Shown one piece after another: positions 1 to 12,887 of a DNA stretch of 64,000 nt. The notes beneath the pieces are model-generated. The model had not been told where the DNA came from. It saw only the letters and a program-made list of their open reading frames with translations, and searched no databases. Source of the stretch: Amoebidium appalachense (taxonomy: Eukaryota > Protista > Ichthyosporea); contig CAVNZM010000010.1 of assembly GCA_963693365.1 (NCBI GenBank), positions 7,999,794 to 8,063,793 on the forward strand, written 5' to 3'. Positions within the stretch are counted from its first letter, which is position 1. Each line of letters starts with the position of its first letter. A program made the translations under genes and the position numbers.

Positions 1-210
1 GTGATGATGTGCTCTGCCTTAAGATGCATACCCTGTGTGTGTAATATTGACAATTTGCTTTGTATTTTCTGCTGCAATCGTGTACTTCGTACAGTAATGC
101 ATTTTGGGTCCTTCACCCTTCCCCCCTCCCCACCTTTTCCTCCTCGAAACCCCCCCCCCCCCCCCTCCCTCCCCCTTCCCCCCCCCCTCCCCCCCCCCCC
201 CCCCCCCCCC

Positions 211-336
211 TGAGGATGGGCTCTGCTTATTATGCATACTCTTTATGTATGGTTTGCATTCTGCATCGTGTTATCCGTTGTTCTTGTGTACTTCGTACTT
301 TATGACGTATTCAAACCCCCCCCCCCCCCCCCCCCA
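211..336 (+). repeat. Short copy (3' end only) of the 750-bp repeat, inside an intronic poly(C) tract
   Basis: TGAGGATGGGCTCTGCTTATTATGCATACTC...GACGTATTCAAACCCC matches 14529-14640. Confidence 0.85.
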
Positions 337-482
337 CACTCACACACAAATAAACAAAAAAAGGAAGGTCTTTTTGGTGTGCCCCCCTCTATACTGCATC
401 ATCTGCATATTGCCTGCTTTGGTCCTTCATTCTGTGTGATGCATTCTAACCCCCCCCCCCCCCCCCCCCCGCACACACACAG

Positions 483-1037
483 AACTACTATCAGAGCGGC
501 GGCAGCTATGGTGCCCCCCCCACGTCCAGCCAGCCCCCCCAGACCCCCACCCAGACCCCCCTCCCCAACACCCCCTCTGCCAGCAGCCAATACGGTGCCC
601 CCCCCATGGGCACATATGGCACTTCCCAATATGGCAGCCAGGCCACTGCTCCCCCCACGACTCCTTCCTACCAGCCGGGCTCTGCACCCCCCACCACCAC
701 GTACCCAGGTGCATCCAAACCTCCCCAGACCTATGGGTCAGGCTCCATGTATCAGTCTGCCCCTCCCACCGGCAGCTTCCCCACTCCCGGTGCCCCCCCC
801 ACCAGCTCATACCAAGGCCAGAGTGCCCCTCCCACCGGGGGTTTCTCGTCTGCTGGTACCCCCCCAACAGCCGGATTCCCAACACCCCCTACACCAGGCC
901 AGGTGAGTGTGTGATTTATGGCTGGAGAAAGTGAAGGGTGGGGTGTAAGGGGGTGTTGGTGGATGTGTATTGTGCAGGGGAGGGGAAACCCCGGCCTGGG
1001 CACCGGGTGGTAGTGGTCCGTGTGTGTGGGTGGGTGG

Positions 1038-1108
<71 letters not shown>

Positions 1109-1625
1109 CTGACATTGTTGGAAGGGAAGTTGGAGAGTTGAGAAGTTGTGATCAAAGTTAGGAGGAAGGAGCCGTGGCGTGGGTTGCAGACTGGGCATAG
1201 ATCGTCAATGATATGATTACTGATGAGGTTGGCGTGGGTGCAGGCATACGGGCAACAACAGCCACAGCAGCCCCCCTCCCAACCCCCCTCCCAGGGCTAT
1301 TACCAGGTGTGTGGTTGCGCTTGTGTTTGTTCTCTTTCGTGTGGGTGCCGAGGGGGGAAGGGGGGGGGGGGGGGGGTAGGGCTTGCACGTGATGCCTGAC
1401 TCAGAGGGAGTTTGTGCGTATGTGTTTTGCTGCACAGTGTGTGTATGTGTGTCTGTGTCTGTGTCCTGCAAATGTGTGCACTTGTGCATGTGTGTGGCCG
1501 TGCGGGTGTGCGTGTTGTGTGTAAAGGTGGAGAAAACGAGTGGGAGGTATATAATGGTGGTGGGTGGTAGTGAATGTGACTCTTTAATTGTGGGAGCCTT
1601 CAATAGGCATTGGTGAATGCAACCC

Positions 1626-1678
<53 letters not shown>

Positions 1679-1845
1679 TCAGCCAACAGAGACGACGTGT
1701 TTTTGCATCAGCCTAGCCATTGGCAACACATCATGCTTGCGCCCCTCCTCTTGCATGAAACAAATACACCAACACGACTACCGTTGCTTTGCATGCGATA
1801 AAATGCGCATGTTTGCTGTGTGTGTCCATATGCCGATGATTTGCC

Positions 1846-1912
<67 letters not shown>

Positions 1913-2237
1913 ATGGGCTCTACGTACGTTTCGAATAACACATCACACACATTCTCGTGCGCTACTCAAAACGTGTTGTGTTTTCCGTCTTAAATGTGCA
2001 CTTGGTATCTTTAACACATTCTAATTCCTCTCCCCCCCCCCCCCCCCCCCCCCCGCCAAAAAAAACACACACACACACACACACACACACATACCACAGC
2101 AACAGCAGCAGCAGCAACCCGGGCAGCAGGCAGCAGGGGCCTATGGGGGCTACACCCCCCAGGCCCAGTACGGGACACCCCCCACACAGCCCCTCCAGTC
2201 CTTCCCTCCGTCCGGCCCATACAACTATGGCCGGTGA
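483..2237 (+). CDS. Last three exons (483-902, 1244-1306, 2100-2237) of a low-complexity Pro/Gln/Tyr/Gly/Ser-rich protein; 5' part lies upstream of the window
   Basis: AG/GT-bounded exons join in phase 0: NYYQSGGSYGAPPTSSQ...PTPGQ / AYGQQQPQQPPSQPPPQGYYQ / QQQQQQPGQQAAGAYGGY...PYNYGR-TGA(2235-2237). Composition resembles the prion-like tails of RNA-binding proteins; no identifying domain is visible. Confidence 0.75.
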
Positions 2238-2403
2238 CAGTAAAGGTGGTGGAAAAGGGGAGAGGAAGAGGGTGATGGGTGTGCATGGTTGCATGGTTGG
2301 TGAACCTGTGTGCCCTGCGATGATAGGCTATGTTATGTCAAGATTTAGGGTGGGTTAGTGTTGGTTCTCGAGATTTAGGGCGGGTTAGTGTTGGTTCCAA
2401 ATT

Positions 2404-2442
<39 letters not shown>

Positions 2443-2719
2443 GTTTGCTTGCCGAGCTCCCCTAGATTTAGTTTTTGTCTCGTGTTTCAAGTTGTACATG
2501 TCGGGTGAAAGACAGAGTTTGTTTTTGGCGGTGATCGACTTAGTATCCTTGTCGATTTAGAGAGCAAGTGTATGAAGACTCTTTCGATTATGAGCACCGA
2601 ACATTGACGTATGCCAATGCCAATAGATGTGTTAGTCTCTAGGGTACGATAGCCTAATAAAAAATTTATCTTCAGACCTGTTTTGCCGTGTTTACGTTGT
2701 TGTAGTTACGACGGTTGGC

Positions 2720-2766
2720 ATGCTACTCGTGCCCATTCCGTAACAACCCCCATGCATTACCCCTTC

Positions 2767-2813
<47 letters not shown>

Positions 2814-3809
2814 ACATAAAACGCAGCGTCTCGCTAGGGAACGTTTCTGGACTCACATACTGCAAGCACACGTACCTACTATCGGCTATGATTCGCAATA
2901 CCGAAGCCACCGCCAATCGCGCAATCGTTTTACACGTGTGCACAACCCCATGCTGTATATGCGTGCACGGCTTGCTCTCCACAACACACCCCCTCCACCC
3001 TCTCCTGCACCTGCACCTGCACCTGCACCTGCACCTGCACCCAACCTGCCTCCTATACACCCCTGCATCACGTTTCTTTCGCGCTGCTTCGAACACGCCG
3101 CCTACTGCACATTGATAGTCTTATGTCTCAATGTGTCTCAATGTATCTTTTCCTCTGCATATCTACACCGCTTCAACACCTCCAACATCGTTAGGATGAA
3201 GGAGCACCTCCTTGCTTTCCCCACCGGCATTGCTCAACCTCGCCTTTCACAGATTGCTGCATGCCTCAAACGTGAATTGCGTAGTCGTTTTGAACTGAAA
3301 CGTGTTAACGTGTAGCAACCCCATGTGATGGTGGTGTCTATGTTTCATAACTCCGGGCTCGATAGAATCCAAAGTTTGCAACGCATCATCAAAGACAAAG
3401 AAATACATGCTCTCCTGCCGCTTGAAATGCGTAGTTTCCGTATCTCTGCTGTGTGGAAATGTGTGTCTACCCTGGGCTACACCACTATCAACTGCAAACA
3501 CACCGCACGACTCCCGCAGGACACCATTGCAAACATCCTTGCACAACCCTGCCCTTGCAACGACCCGCACTATGCGCCATACGTACACCCACAACACAGA
3601 CACGTGCTTACATCGCGCTTAGACATTCCCGGCCTGCCCGCATACTTTGCATCGCTCATGCAGTTTAGAACCAAGCTCCGAATGCAGGTCGAGCAGACGG
3701 AGGACACCACCTGTAGCAATTTATTGACACAGGCGTTGCAAATTTCTGTAACAAATGGTACGATCTTGGTATGGCAGCTTATCCCTCTTTGGATCCGTGG
3801 GCAGCCCTA
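2720..3809 (+). pseudogene. Decayed N-terminal part of a Penelope-like retroelement (GIY-YIG C-terminal motif plus Cys/His linker)
   Basis: RLARERFWTHILQAHVPTIGYD resembles the GIY-YIG R..E.FWI..L....P.G motif; PCPCNDPHYAPYVHPQHRHVLTSRLDI resembles the CxC...H.H.T..L.I linker of Naiad/Chlamys-type PLEs; stops and frameshifts are present. Confidence 0.6.
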
Positions 3810-4244
3810 CCACCTACTGAGGTGGTGCCTTATTTTCCTTCCTACCTCAGCAGAAATGTCTCGCTAGTAATGACAATGCCTATCTGTGTACGCGAAATGA
3901 CTGCTGCGAATTCGAAGAAGGAAGGCTGCGAAGAAAAAATACCGTGCGGGCTGCGAAGAAGGAAGGAAAAATCGGCATCACCCAACACTGTTACGTCATT
4001 AGTGCGTCACCAGGAATGGGCGCATTATGATGTCATGATGGCAAACATCGATTGGCTACTTTTTCCCGCGCTTTTGGCTCTCAACGCTATTGGCCGCGAG
4101 GCGGTACTATTGGGGATGCCTCGTAGGATCGCATATCCGATTAGCGCATAAAACTAACGTTTCATTATTTTATAAACGTATAATAACGATTGGTCCAGAT
4201 CACGACGATGTATAGCTTAGGTCTTTTGCGAATGGCGGACATCA

Positions 4245-4316
4245 TCCGAATTGGTCTAGTGGTTAGGATTCCACGCTCTCACCGTGGCGGCCGGGGTTCG
4301 ATTCCCCGATTCGGAG
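4245..4316 (+). tRNA. tRNA-Glu (anticodon CTC)
   Basis: Acceptor stem TCCGAAT/ATTCGGA, D-arm TGGTCTAGTGGTTAGGA, anticodon arm CCACG-CTCTCAC-CGTGG, T-loop GGTTCGATTCC, 72 nt. Confidence 0.95.
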
Positions 4317-4326
4317 TTTTTTTTTT
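4317..4326 (+). terminator. RNA polymerase III oligo(T) terminator
   Basis: T10 run directly after the tRNA discriminator base. Confidence 0.8.
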
Positions 4327-5199
4327 AGAGCGCTTAAACCCTTGGCAAATTTCCTTGAAGCAGAAGTTGCCTCCTTTCTATCTAACAACTGTTGTAAACC
4401 TGGGCCTGTAACGCTCTCGATATATGGTCTGGTCCCAATAGCTGCTAGAGTATCCCATCTCGCGCTGAAATTCAATAAGCACATAAGTCGCTTAAAGAAG
4501 TATTTGCCCTCGTAGCTACCCTCTCTTCTCTATCCGACCTGTCCCCTCCTCACCTCTCCCCTCTTTCCTTCCCTCTCTCTCTCCTTCTCCCCCGGGCACA
4601 AATACAAATAAACCCCGCAAAAGTGTGCGTGTGACTTTGGACTGCCACTTACTTATTAAACATGTACACAATCACAAGATAATCACGCAATATATAACAA
4701 ATGGAAAATGATACCACACGACACTAGACCCGATGAAAGCAGACACCTTGAAAAACTAAGGTTTTATATGTAATGACCGCCTCAACCATATTGCCAAATA
4801 TGGCACCCTCAAATGGATAACACCTAAATACATATTACCTTCCTGTAGAACTGGTCTTTCTCTAGCTGATACGGTATTATTGATCAATTACCACGCTTTT
4901 ACTGTACACATGCTATACAGTGGAGATCTAATAAGTATAAGGTGGCATCGTTTGCATGCCCAAACAACACACACACACACCAGTTTAAACGGTCATGTAT
5001 CGCCAAATGTAGTTTCAAAAGATAGACCACATAATACCGCAACACACTGACACGTCACATTCACAACAGACACCCAGAAAGATAGCCTACCTGTAAATTA
5101 CAACATCCTTGATTTTATACTAAACACGCGTATTAACTACGACCTGTTTATTAGATGTATTGATTGGCTTGCGAAACACATCACTACAAAATTCTAGCG

Positions 5200-5316
<117 letters not shown>

Positions 5317-5353
5317 ACAACCAGCTGGTACCGAGTGTCCCAGGGGGACCCCC

Positions 5354-5396
<43 letters not shown>

Positions 5397-7196
5397 ACAA
5401 AAAAAAAAAAAAAAAAAAAAAAAACGGGGAACCCCAACTAATTGATTTTTTTTTCTCTGTCTTTATGGTGTCTCGTAGAGAAACTAAACCCTCAGGATAT
5501 ATAGTCATCACCCGACATCTATGTACGTGATCATGATATACCGCTGAGGGGATACTCCGAGCAAAAACCCCCCATACCTGAGACTGGTCTCTCTTTGCCT
5601 CGAGTAAACAGCGTAAACCCCCTGTTTAAAAGGAATGTATGTTTATCAGTAGCAGTACTGTACGTTGATCGCCTGCATTCAAATACAGTTACAAATTTTG
5701 AAATGTCATGGTTGTAGCAGTAATAAAGTAAACCTTATAAAAAATTGTACTGTAAAGGAATAAAAAACCAATTTTCAATACATTTTTCTCACCGGGAGAA
5801 CGCATGAATGCCTTGTCAGACAGTTTGGCACTGGTTTTTTCTATCTTGCAATTGCAGAGTCTGGAACGGGTCAAATATCATGGCAACAATGGTAACTTCA
5901 AGAAGTTCCACAGTACGCTGTCTATGCTTCTACGCGACCTATTGGCGGTGGGCTGCTGCAACTTCTTCAGCTACTTCTGCGCTGCGTGAGTGGAGGGGCG
6001 GCTACTTGGTCGTCGGGGAGCTTTCCAAGTGACTGCCAGTCCTTAGCCTCCAGTCGTATGACAATGACCGGGTTTGCTTGCATGCATTCTGTAATTGTGT
6101 TTTTCTGTGTGTCCTGCCACAACTAGGCCACCTTATCAGAGAGCTAGATGCAGTTTCTCCGGGTTATCTAGGGGCCGGGCCCGTTGAGATTGTTTTTTAG
6201 CTCAGATTTGGTCTGCATTGCTCTTTTAGAGGCTGACTTGCTTGCTGTGCCTCGGTAGGTTTTGAGGGGGGCCTGTTGGGAAGCAGCAGTAATGATGTCT
6301 TCTTGCCAATGCGGAGTGTGGTCTGGTCAACTTCATCGATGATGCATATGACTATTCGGAGCAAACTAGTTTCACGCATACACGTACACTTAAGGTTTTG
6401 CCCGCTGGTGTCCTTTGTCCGAACTTGTCGCTTTATTTTTATTTCGTAGCTTTGGCTTTTTCAGTTCTATTGGTGGTTATGTAGCCTGCCAGTGTGGCTG
6501 CACGTTGCCTTCATCAACGGATCAATAAACCGGGTCAAAAGAAAAAAATATCATATGGGAAGGTGAGTTTTGTGGCGCGAACTGTCGGAATGTTCGCGAT
6601 GTGCCAAAAAATCGTGTATATATATTTCTCTTGTTGGTTGTTTATTTTAGTTTAGTTTTCAATCCTTTTTTCTGTAAGTCAAATGGCACTTTTTATTTTC
6701 ATTTAGCTGTCAATTAGGATTCATGCATTGCAGTGCCCAGGCGGCCGCCTATCCCAACCTATCAAGTGTGACTCAACTTTTGCAATCGCCAGCACGAACG
6801 AAGAAACTGAAGCGGCATCACCGCTCCTGTCTAGCGCTCATTGTGTCGAACAGGATAGCCATCCGGTATGCCCTGCGTTAGCGTAGCACTAGTGATCGGG
6901 AATATTCGAGATATTCGGGATAAACTGGTGGATAGGTTCACGATAGATCAGGATAGATCTAGAGGAGTCTAGAAGATTCTGTTGGAGTGTTCTGATTGGT
7001 AGCGACTAGATCCATAGCGGCGGGTAGACCAATCGGGAATAGTATGTAACATTCCAGTGAGCCAGACCACAAGTATATAAAGGTCCCGGTGGGCCAGTCA
7101 ATGTAAGTCAGCAAATAATAAAGTCTCACAGAGAAACCTCTAAGTTACGGTTATGGGCCCAGTGCAACGCTACGATCAAGCGACTGTTGAGACAAG

Positions 7197-9866
7197 ATGG
7201 GAAGAGCAAAATGTCCAGTTCCCATGTATGAAGGAGAAGGCAAGGGCAAAATCTCCTACTCAATGTGGGCCATGCGCATGAAGTGCTTCCTCGAGGGCGA
7301 GGAATTATGGTACACGATTGAAGACGTGGCTCCTGAAGTGATAGGAGAGGACGGCGAACCGGTGGAGCAACCTCCGGTGGAGATCGACCCCTTGGATCAG
7401 AAGAAGGCGACTTCCTACCTGGTGGAGACACTAGGTGATGTACCTGCAAGCCTGTGTCGGCGAGCTATTGCCGTAGGAAATCCCAAGGACATATGGGATA
7501 CGGTAGCATCATACGCTGCGCGCAACACAGATGAGCACAAGAGAATGTTGATTCAACAGTTCTGGCGTGCTGATATGATGCCGACGGAAAGCGTGCTGGA
7601 GTATGCGGCCCGCCTGGAGTGCATTGTGCAGGATCTTCTTCATATCGATCCCAATGGAGTTAGTGAGGACATGGTTGCCGAGAAATTCCTGGACGGTGTA
7701 GGCGCTGACGACCGATTCCGCACCGACGTTAGGACCATTCAAGCTTTACCAGCAGCTGAGAAGACAATGGAAAAGATAATCGCCAAGCTGCGTGGTTTTG
7801 AGGAGAACGAGGCTGCAAGGGAACAGCAGCGGGTGATGATGACCAGCACCCAATGGCGCGGCGGTACGCCACGACAGGACACCGGCAAGCCGCGCGTGAC
7901 TGACATATCCAAGGTGGAGTGTTACAAATGTCACAAGTTTGGGCACTACAAGTCACAGTGTCCAAAGAAGAAGAAGGGCGGCAATCGCGGCGACAAGGCG
8001 AAGCAGAACGGAGCTTCCAAGGAGATACTCGCCATGGCGGTAAACAGCGGACTCCCTTCTTCAACTGAGTGGTATTGGGACTGCGGCGCAACCTCCCATG
8101 TCACATGCCGAAAGGACTGGATGGAAGACTTCCGGTCGATCACACCCAAACCCGTCGCTCTGGGTAACACCCCGGGTGTGATGGCGCTAGGAATAGGCGT
8201 CGTAAGATTAACAAGTGAGTTCCAGGGCAACAGCATGACATTTAGACTGCAGAATGTGCTGTACGTGCCAGCATTTGGAACTAACGTGATGTCGGCTTCA
8301 AGCGCCGGCAAGCACGGGTTAAGAGGCATCACCGACGGTCGACAGTGTACGATTGAGAGTGCCACAGATGGCCAAGTTGTGGCCCGTGGGGTAGTGGAGG
8401 GAGGCCTGTATCGTCTCCTAGTGAAACCCGTATGTGAGAGCGTGAACATGGTGACCACTGCAGTCGGCAGCAGTGGGGGTAACACCGTGTGTGAGCCGGT
8501 AAAGGGCAGCGCCAGTTTATGGCACCGGCGGTTTGGTCATGTGGCAATAAACACGCTACAGAAGATGGTTAAAGAAAACATCGTCGAGGGTCTGTGCATC
8601 GACTGCAAAACCCAGGATGACGGTGTGTGCGAGGGATGCGCGAGAGGGAAGCAAGCCCGGCTCTCTTTCAGTAAGCTACCCCGCAAGACAGCGCCAGCGA
8701 AGCTCGACAGAGTTCATTCTGATGTGGCAGGACCGTTCAACAAGGAGTCGCTACAAGGTTCCAAGTATTATGTCACCTTCATCGACGACAAGACAAGGTT
8801 CACTACGGTGTACTTCATGAAACATAAATCCCAAGTGCATACTTACTTCAAGAAGTACAAGGCACACGTAGAGAAGCAACACGGTGCCAGCATCAAGATT
8901 CTGCGTTCCGACAACGGGGGTGAGTACACCTCCACTGAGTTCAAGTCGTTCCTGGAAGCGTGCGGCATTGAACATGAGGCGACAGTCCCTTACACACCAG
9001 AGCAGAATGGTGTAGCAGAGAGGGCTAACAGGACCATTGTCGAGACGGCGCGCTGCATGCTGCAGTCAGCAGGCATGAGTATGGGGTTCTGGCAGCTAGC
9101 AGTACAGGCAGCTGTGTACATCAAGAACCTGACGCCAACCACAGTACTGGGTGGCATGACACCTTGGGAGGCATGGTATGGAGAGAAGCCCGATGTTAGC
9201 CATCTACGTGTATTTGGTAGCAAGGCATTTGTCCATGTGCCGAAGGACGAGCGCAGGAAGCTAGACGCCAAGAGTCGGGAGTGTAAATTCGTCGGCTACA
9301 CAGGTGACAGCAAGACGTACTTGTTGTGGGACACCGAGGCGCGCAAGACTATCGTCGGGCGAGATGTGGTGATCGATGAATCATGCACCCCAAAGGCCGG
9401 TATTCCGGTGGTGCAAGATGAGCCAATGGAATTGCTGATGCATAAGCCAATCGGAAATCAGCAGAGCTTGGAATCGAGGAATCCAATCAGCGTCAAGAAG
9501 CAACATTCCTTTCGGAAGCCTGCAATCGGCACTGACAGTGGATATGATTCAGATGCTATCGGCGACGGCGCGGGCGAGGACAGCGGCGATTCGGACGCGG
9601 CAGGGTCAGGAGACGAGGAAGATAGTGCAGAGTTGCAGGTTGCAACCAGAAGTGCCTATCCGTCTATGACTACAAGGCGCGGTGGGACCTACGGCATCAA
9701 CGCAGGTGTAGTAGAGTACCGCGACAGTATCAGCATGGCAATTGAGAGTGCTGATAGCAATGAGGATGACCCTGTGACACTGGAAGAAGCAATCTCCAGG
9801 CCAGCATCAAACACATCGACGTTCAGTACCACTACACCCGTGAGTGTGTGGAGAATGGGGATGTAG
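7197..9866 (+). CDS. Copia Gag-protease-integrase polyprotein, truncated before RT
   Basis: Zinc knuckle CYKCHKFGHYKSQC, protease WYWDCGATSH, LWHRRFGH...CEGCARGK, integrase VHSDVAGP / LRSDNGGEY / PEQNGVAER, and KLDAKSRECKFVGY. After DPVTLEEA it jumps to an out-of-frame RNase H tail. Confidence 0.93.
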   Translation: MGRAKCPVPMYEGEGKGKISYSMWAMRMKCFLEGEELWYTIEDVAPEVIGEDGEPVEQPPVEIDPLDQKKATSYLVETLGDVPASLCRRAIAVGNPKDIWDTVASYAARNTDEHKRMLIQQFWRADMMPTESVLEYAARLECIVQDLLHIDPNGVSEDMVAEKFLDGVGADDRFRTDVRTIQALPAAEKTMEKIIAKLRGFEENEAAREQQRVMMTSTQWRGGTPRQDTGKPRVTDISKVECYKCHKFGHYKSQCPKKKKGGNRGDKAKQNGASKEILAMAVNSGLPSSTEWYWDCGATSHVTCRKDWMEDFRSITPKPVALGNTPGVMALGIGVVRLTSEFQGNSMTFRLQNVLYVPAFGTNVMSASSAGKHGLRGITDGRQCTIESATDGQVVARGVVEGGLYRLLVKPVCESVNMVTTAVGSSGGNTVCEPVKGSASLWHRRFGHVAINTLQKMVKENIVEGLCIDCKTQDDGVCEGCARGKQARLSFSKLPRKTAPAKLDRVHSDVAGPFNKESLQGSKYYVTFIDDKTRFTTVYFMKHKSQVHTYFKKYKAHVEKQHGASIKILRSDNGGEYTSTEFKSFLEACGIEHEATVPYTPEQNGVAERANRTIVETARCMLQSAGMSMGFWQLAVQAAVYIKNLTPTTVLGGMTPWEAWYGEKPDVSHLRVFGSKAFVHVPKDERRKLDAKSRECKFVGYTGDSKTYLLWDTEARKTIVGRDVVIDESCTPKAGIPVVQDEPMELLMHKPIGNQQSLESRNPISVKKQHSFRKPAIGTDSGYDSDAIGDGAGEDSGDSDAAGSGDEEDSAELQVATRSAYPSMTTRRGGTYGINAGVVEYRDSISMAIESADSNEDDPVTLEEAISRPASNTSTFSTTTPVSVWRMGM

Positions 9867-9973
9867 AACTTGTGTATTGCAGCACGAACAGTAACGTGGC
9901 CGACATGTGCACCAAAGCTTTAGGGAGACTTAAGTTAGTGCAGCATCGGCAGGCCATCGGCATGGCTGAGTAA
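9806..9973 (+). pseudogene. Copia RNase H C-terminal remnant
   Basis: An alternative frame reads IKHIDVQYHYTRECVENGDVELVYCSTNSNVADMCTKAL...TAA, the classic Copia RNase H end. Confidence 0.9.
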
Positions 9974-11088
9974 GAACTACAATTAGTGTAGTGTTAATGT
10001 TCGTGTAGTAGGTGTTATATGTGTTAGTATAGTAGCATAGTTTTAGAGTTGCATCTTAGGTTTAGGTTGCATGCGGTAGATAGATAGAACACAGTGCAAG
10101 TGGGGGTGTCGAACAGGATAGCCATCCGGTATGCCCTGCGTTAGCGTAGCACTAGTGATCGGGAATATTCGAGATATTCGGGATAAACTGGTGGATAGGT
10201 TCACGATAGATCAGGATAGATCTAGAGGAGTCTAGAAGATTCTGTTGGAGTGTTCTGATTGGTAGCGACTAGATCCATAGCGGCGGGTAGACCAATCGGG
10301 AATAGTATGTAACATTCCAGTGAGCCAGACCACAAGTATATAAAGGTCCCGGTGGGCCAGTCAATGTAAGTCAGCAAATAATAAAGTCTCACAGAGAAAC
10401 CTCTAAGTTACACTCATAGCACTGGCTGCTCTTGGAACCATCCTGTCCAAAACGAAAATAAGCATCGCTAGGGGTATCCGTGCAATTGGGCTTTATTTAA
10501 TTGGTTTACAATCAGGCACCGTGTGACAGCCAGTGCTGCAACGATCGATTTTGACCAATTTCTACCATTGGTTGGTTAAAAAGAGCTTCGATGTGGGGTC
10601 AAAATCGTCATCTGCGCGCGCACTAACTGAAACATACAGGGGTTTACACACTTTTTATTGCGTGGACACTGCCCGAGGCCCAGCCACATTCGACGGCCTA
10701 CTGCGTTTTCCAGCGCAGCCAATCAAATGCAGCCAGTGACATATGTAATGATGCTAGGCAACAATGAGCGCCATCGTAGTATATGACACCCCTATTACAT
10801 ATACATGTTGCCACTTGCCAGTCAACCGCCGAAATGATTGGTCCGTTGCGTGGCATGCTGCAACTTGAACAGTGCTCCGTGTCGCCGCCGTCTATATCTT
10901 GCTGCAACAGTGCTCCGTGTCGCCGCCGTCTATAGCTCAGAGATGGCGCGTGACACCGTCAGTACGTGTCAGTGGGCAGCCGCCGTCTTTACGTATACTA
11001 AGTGTCGCCCCTTCCTGCCATATGCACCATGGCACAAGTAAGGGTATCTGATGTAAGAGCCTCACAAGTAAGGGTATCTGATGTAAGA

Positions 11089-12623
11089 CTATCGGTACAC
11101 TCTATTTTGGATATGCACAACACGCACCCAACACACACAACGTATCACATTGTCAAGCTTCTGTGCTTCTACTGTGTCGCTTCCAAAAACGCTTCGTAGT
11201 CACCACCATGGATAAAGCTAGCAACACGTTCTGCAAAAAACACTACGTTAGCAGCATTACAGCCGAACTGCATGAACCTGCCGCAACATACACCGTCTGC
11301 AACACTGCACCAAAAGACATCGTTGCACAACACTTTGCATTTCTCAAAACACATGACATAAAAGGCACACCAGGACGCCGCACTGCACGCTTGCCCACAT
11401 TTTAGGCCATAGTTAAATGCACAAAACACCACCCACCTTCCGTTTCATTGCCAACTCCTCTGCCACATCACTTGAACCTCTCTCCCGCCTTCTCACTAGT
11501 GTGTTTATGTTCGTCTCCCCTGCCATGATGTTGAACGTATGTGGTGTGATGTTCAAGTTGACATGTCAAATTTTGAACCCCACCTGCCGCACAACACTAG
11601 CTCTTGGATTCTCACGGATAGCACCGCACTCACACACACAATCAACGCCCTTAACCGTACCACACGCCAACACGAAAATACGCCCGTGTCTGTGTTTGAT
11701 TTTTCCACACTCTACACCAAGATTGACTTGCATGATTTGAAAGCTCGCCTCACTACACTGATTGACGCAATAATTGTCAAAAAATGCACGGACGCTCGCA
11801 AACCACACATGTTTATTAAGAAAACCGGCTCCACGTTGTCCTTGGTGGATCGTGTAGATGATAATTCTTTGAGCCTAAAGAACACTCTCTGCATCTCTCT
11901 AAGGCACAGCTTGTGGATTTTCTATGTTTCCTCGTAGATAACATATATGTAGTGTTTGGCGATACCCTCTACAAACAGGATATTGGTATCCCCATGGGTA
12001 TAAACTGTGCTGTTTTCTTGGCTAATTTCTATCTCTTTACCTATGAGTTGGATTTTGTTCGCAAGCTTATTGAACACGACCGCATTGATGTCTTGGTAGA
12101 GTTTCAGTAAGTTACTCGCCGCTACATAGATGATTTGATCTCCCTTCATAATCCTCGCATTCTCTCCCACCTCTATTTAGAAGATTGTAATTTCGGTCTA
12201 TATCCCAAGACCAGCCTTCAACTTAAACCTGCCGGTTCCTCCCCCTCTGTCCCCTACCTCGACTTGCATATCACCTGCACTAATCACGGCATTCACACAA
12301 CCATCTACAACAAGCTCGACACACCCACATCCAATACACTAGACATCGTTCGTTTCCCACACCACGACTCATTCTTCTCCCGCACTGCAAAATACGGCAT
12401 CGTGACAAGTCAAATGCATAGCTACCAGCGCAAATGCTCCACACTAGCTGCATTCACCACATGCACTGCACGACTTGCTAAAACGTTGCTTAACAAAGGC
12501 TACTCGTTTAGACTCTTGCACCACAAAATGCACAGCTTTCTCGCCACACACCCGCACATATACCGTGGCGTTCACTCCTCTCACGTACTCTCCATCATCA
12601 CTAAAAAGATCAACACTCCCTAG
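11089..12623 (+). pseudogene. Penelope-like element reverse transcriptase and thumb domain, frameshifted
   Basis: VVTTMDKASN.FCKKHY, KxHKTPPTFRFIA, FDFSTLYTKI, QDIGIPMGINCAVFLANFYL, RYIDD, PYLDL and KYGIVTSQ motifs spread across several frames; no endonuclease follows the RT. Confidence 0.88.
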
Positions 12624-12749
12624 TCCCCCACTCTATCCCGATCGCGCCCCCCCCCCCCCTCTCCCCCCTACCAGCCCCTACACCTCTCCACCCCCCCCCC
12701 CCTCCCTCCCGCTCTCCCTCTCTCTCTCTCCCTCTCCCTCTCTCTCCCT

Positions 12750-12781
<32 letters not shown>

Positions 12782-12799
12782 TTTTCGCTCGCTCGCGCT

Positions 12800-12887
<88 letters not shown>

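Larger units (their letters stand above)
6842..10412 (+). mobile_element. Ty1/Copia LTR retrotransposon with an internal deletion (RT-less)
   Basis: Matching ~305-bp LTR cores at 6844-7148 and 10107-10411; TG...CA outer ends; 5-bp TSD CTCAT (6837-6841, 10413-10417); PBS GGTTATGGGCCCAG at 7149-7162; purine tract AAGTGGGGG before the 3' LTR. Confidence 0.95.

Noticed and set aside
2341-2397. Telomere-like TTTAGGG/GGGTTAG words
   Set aside because: Only a local 27-bp duplication in a 3' UTR, not a telomeric array.
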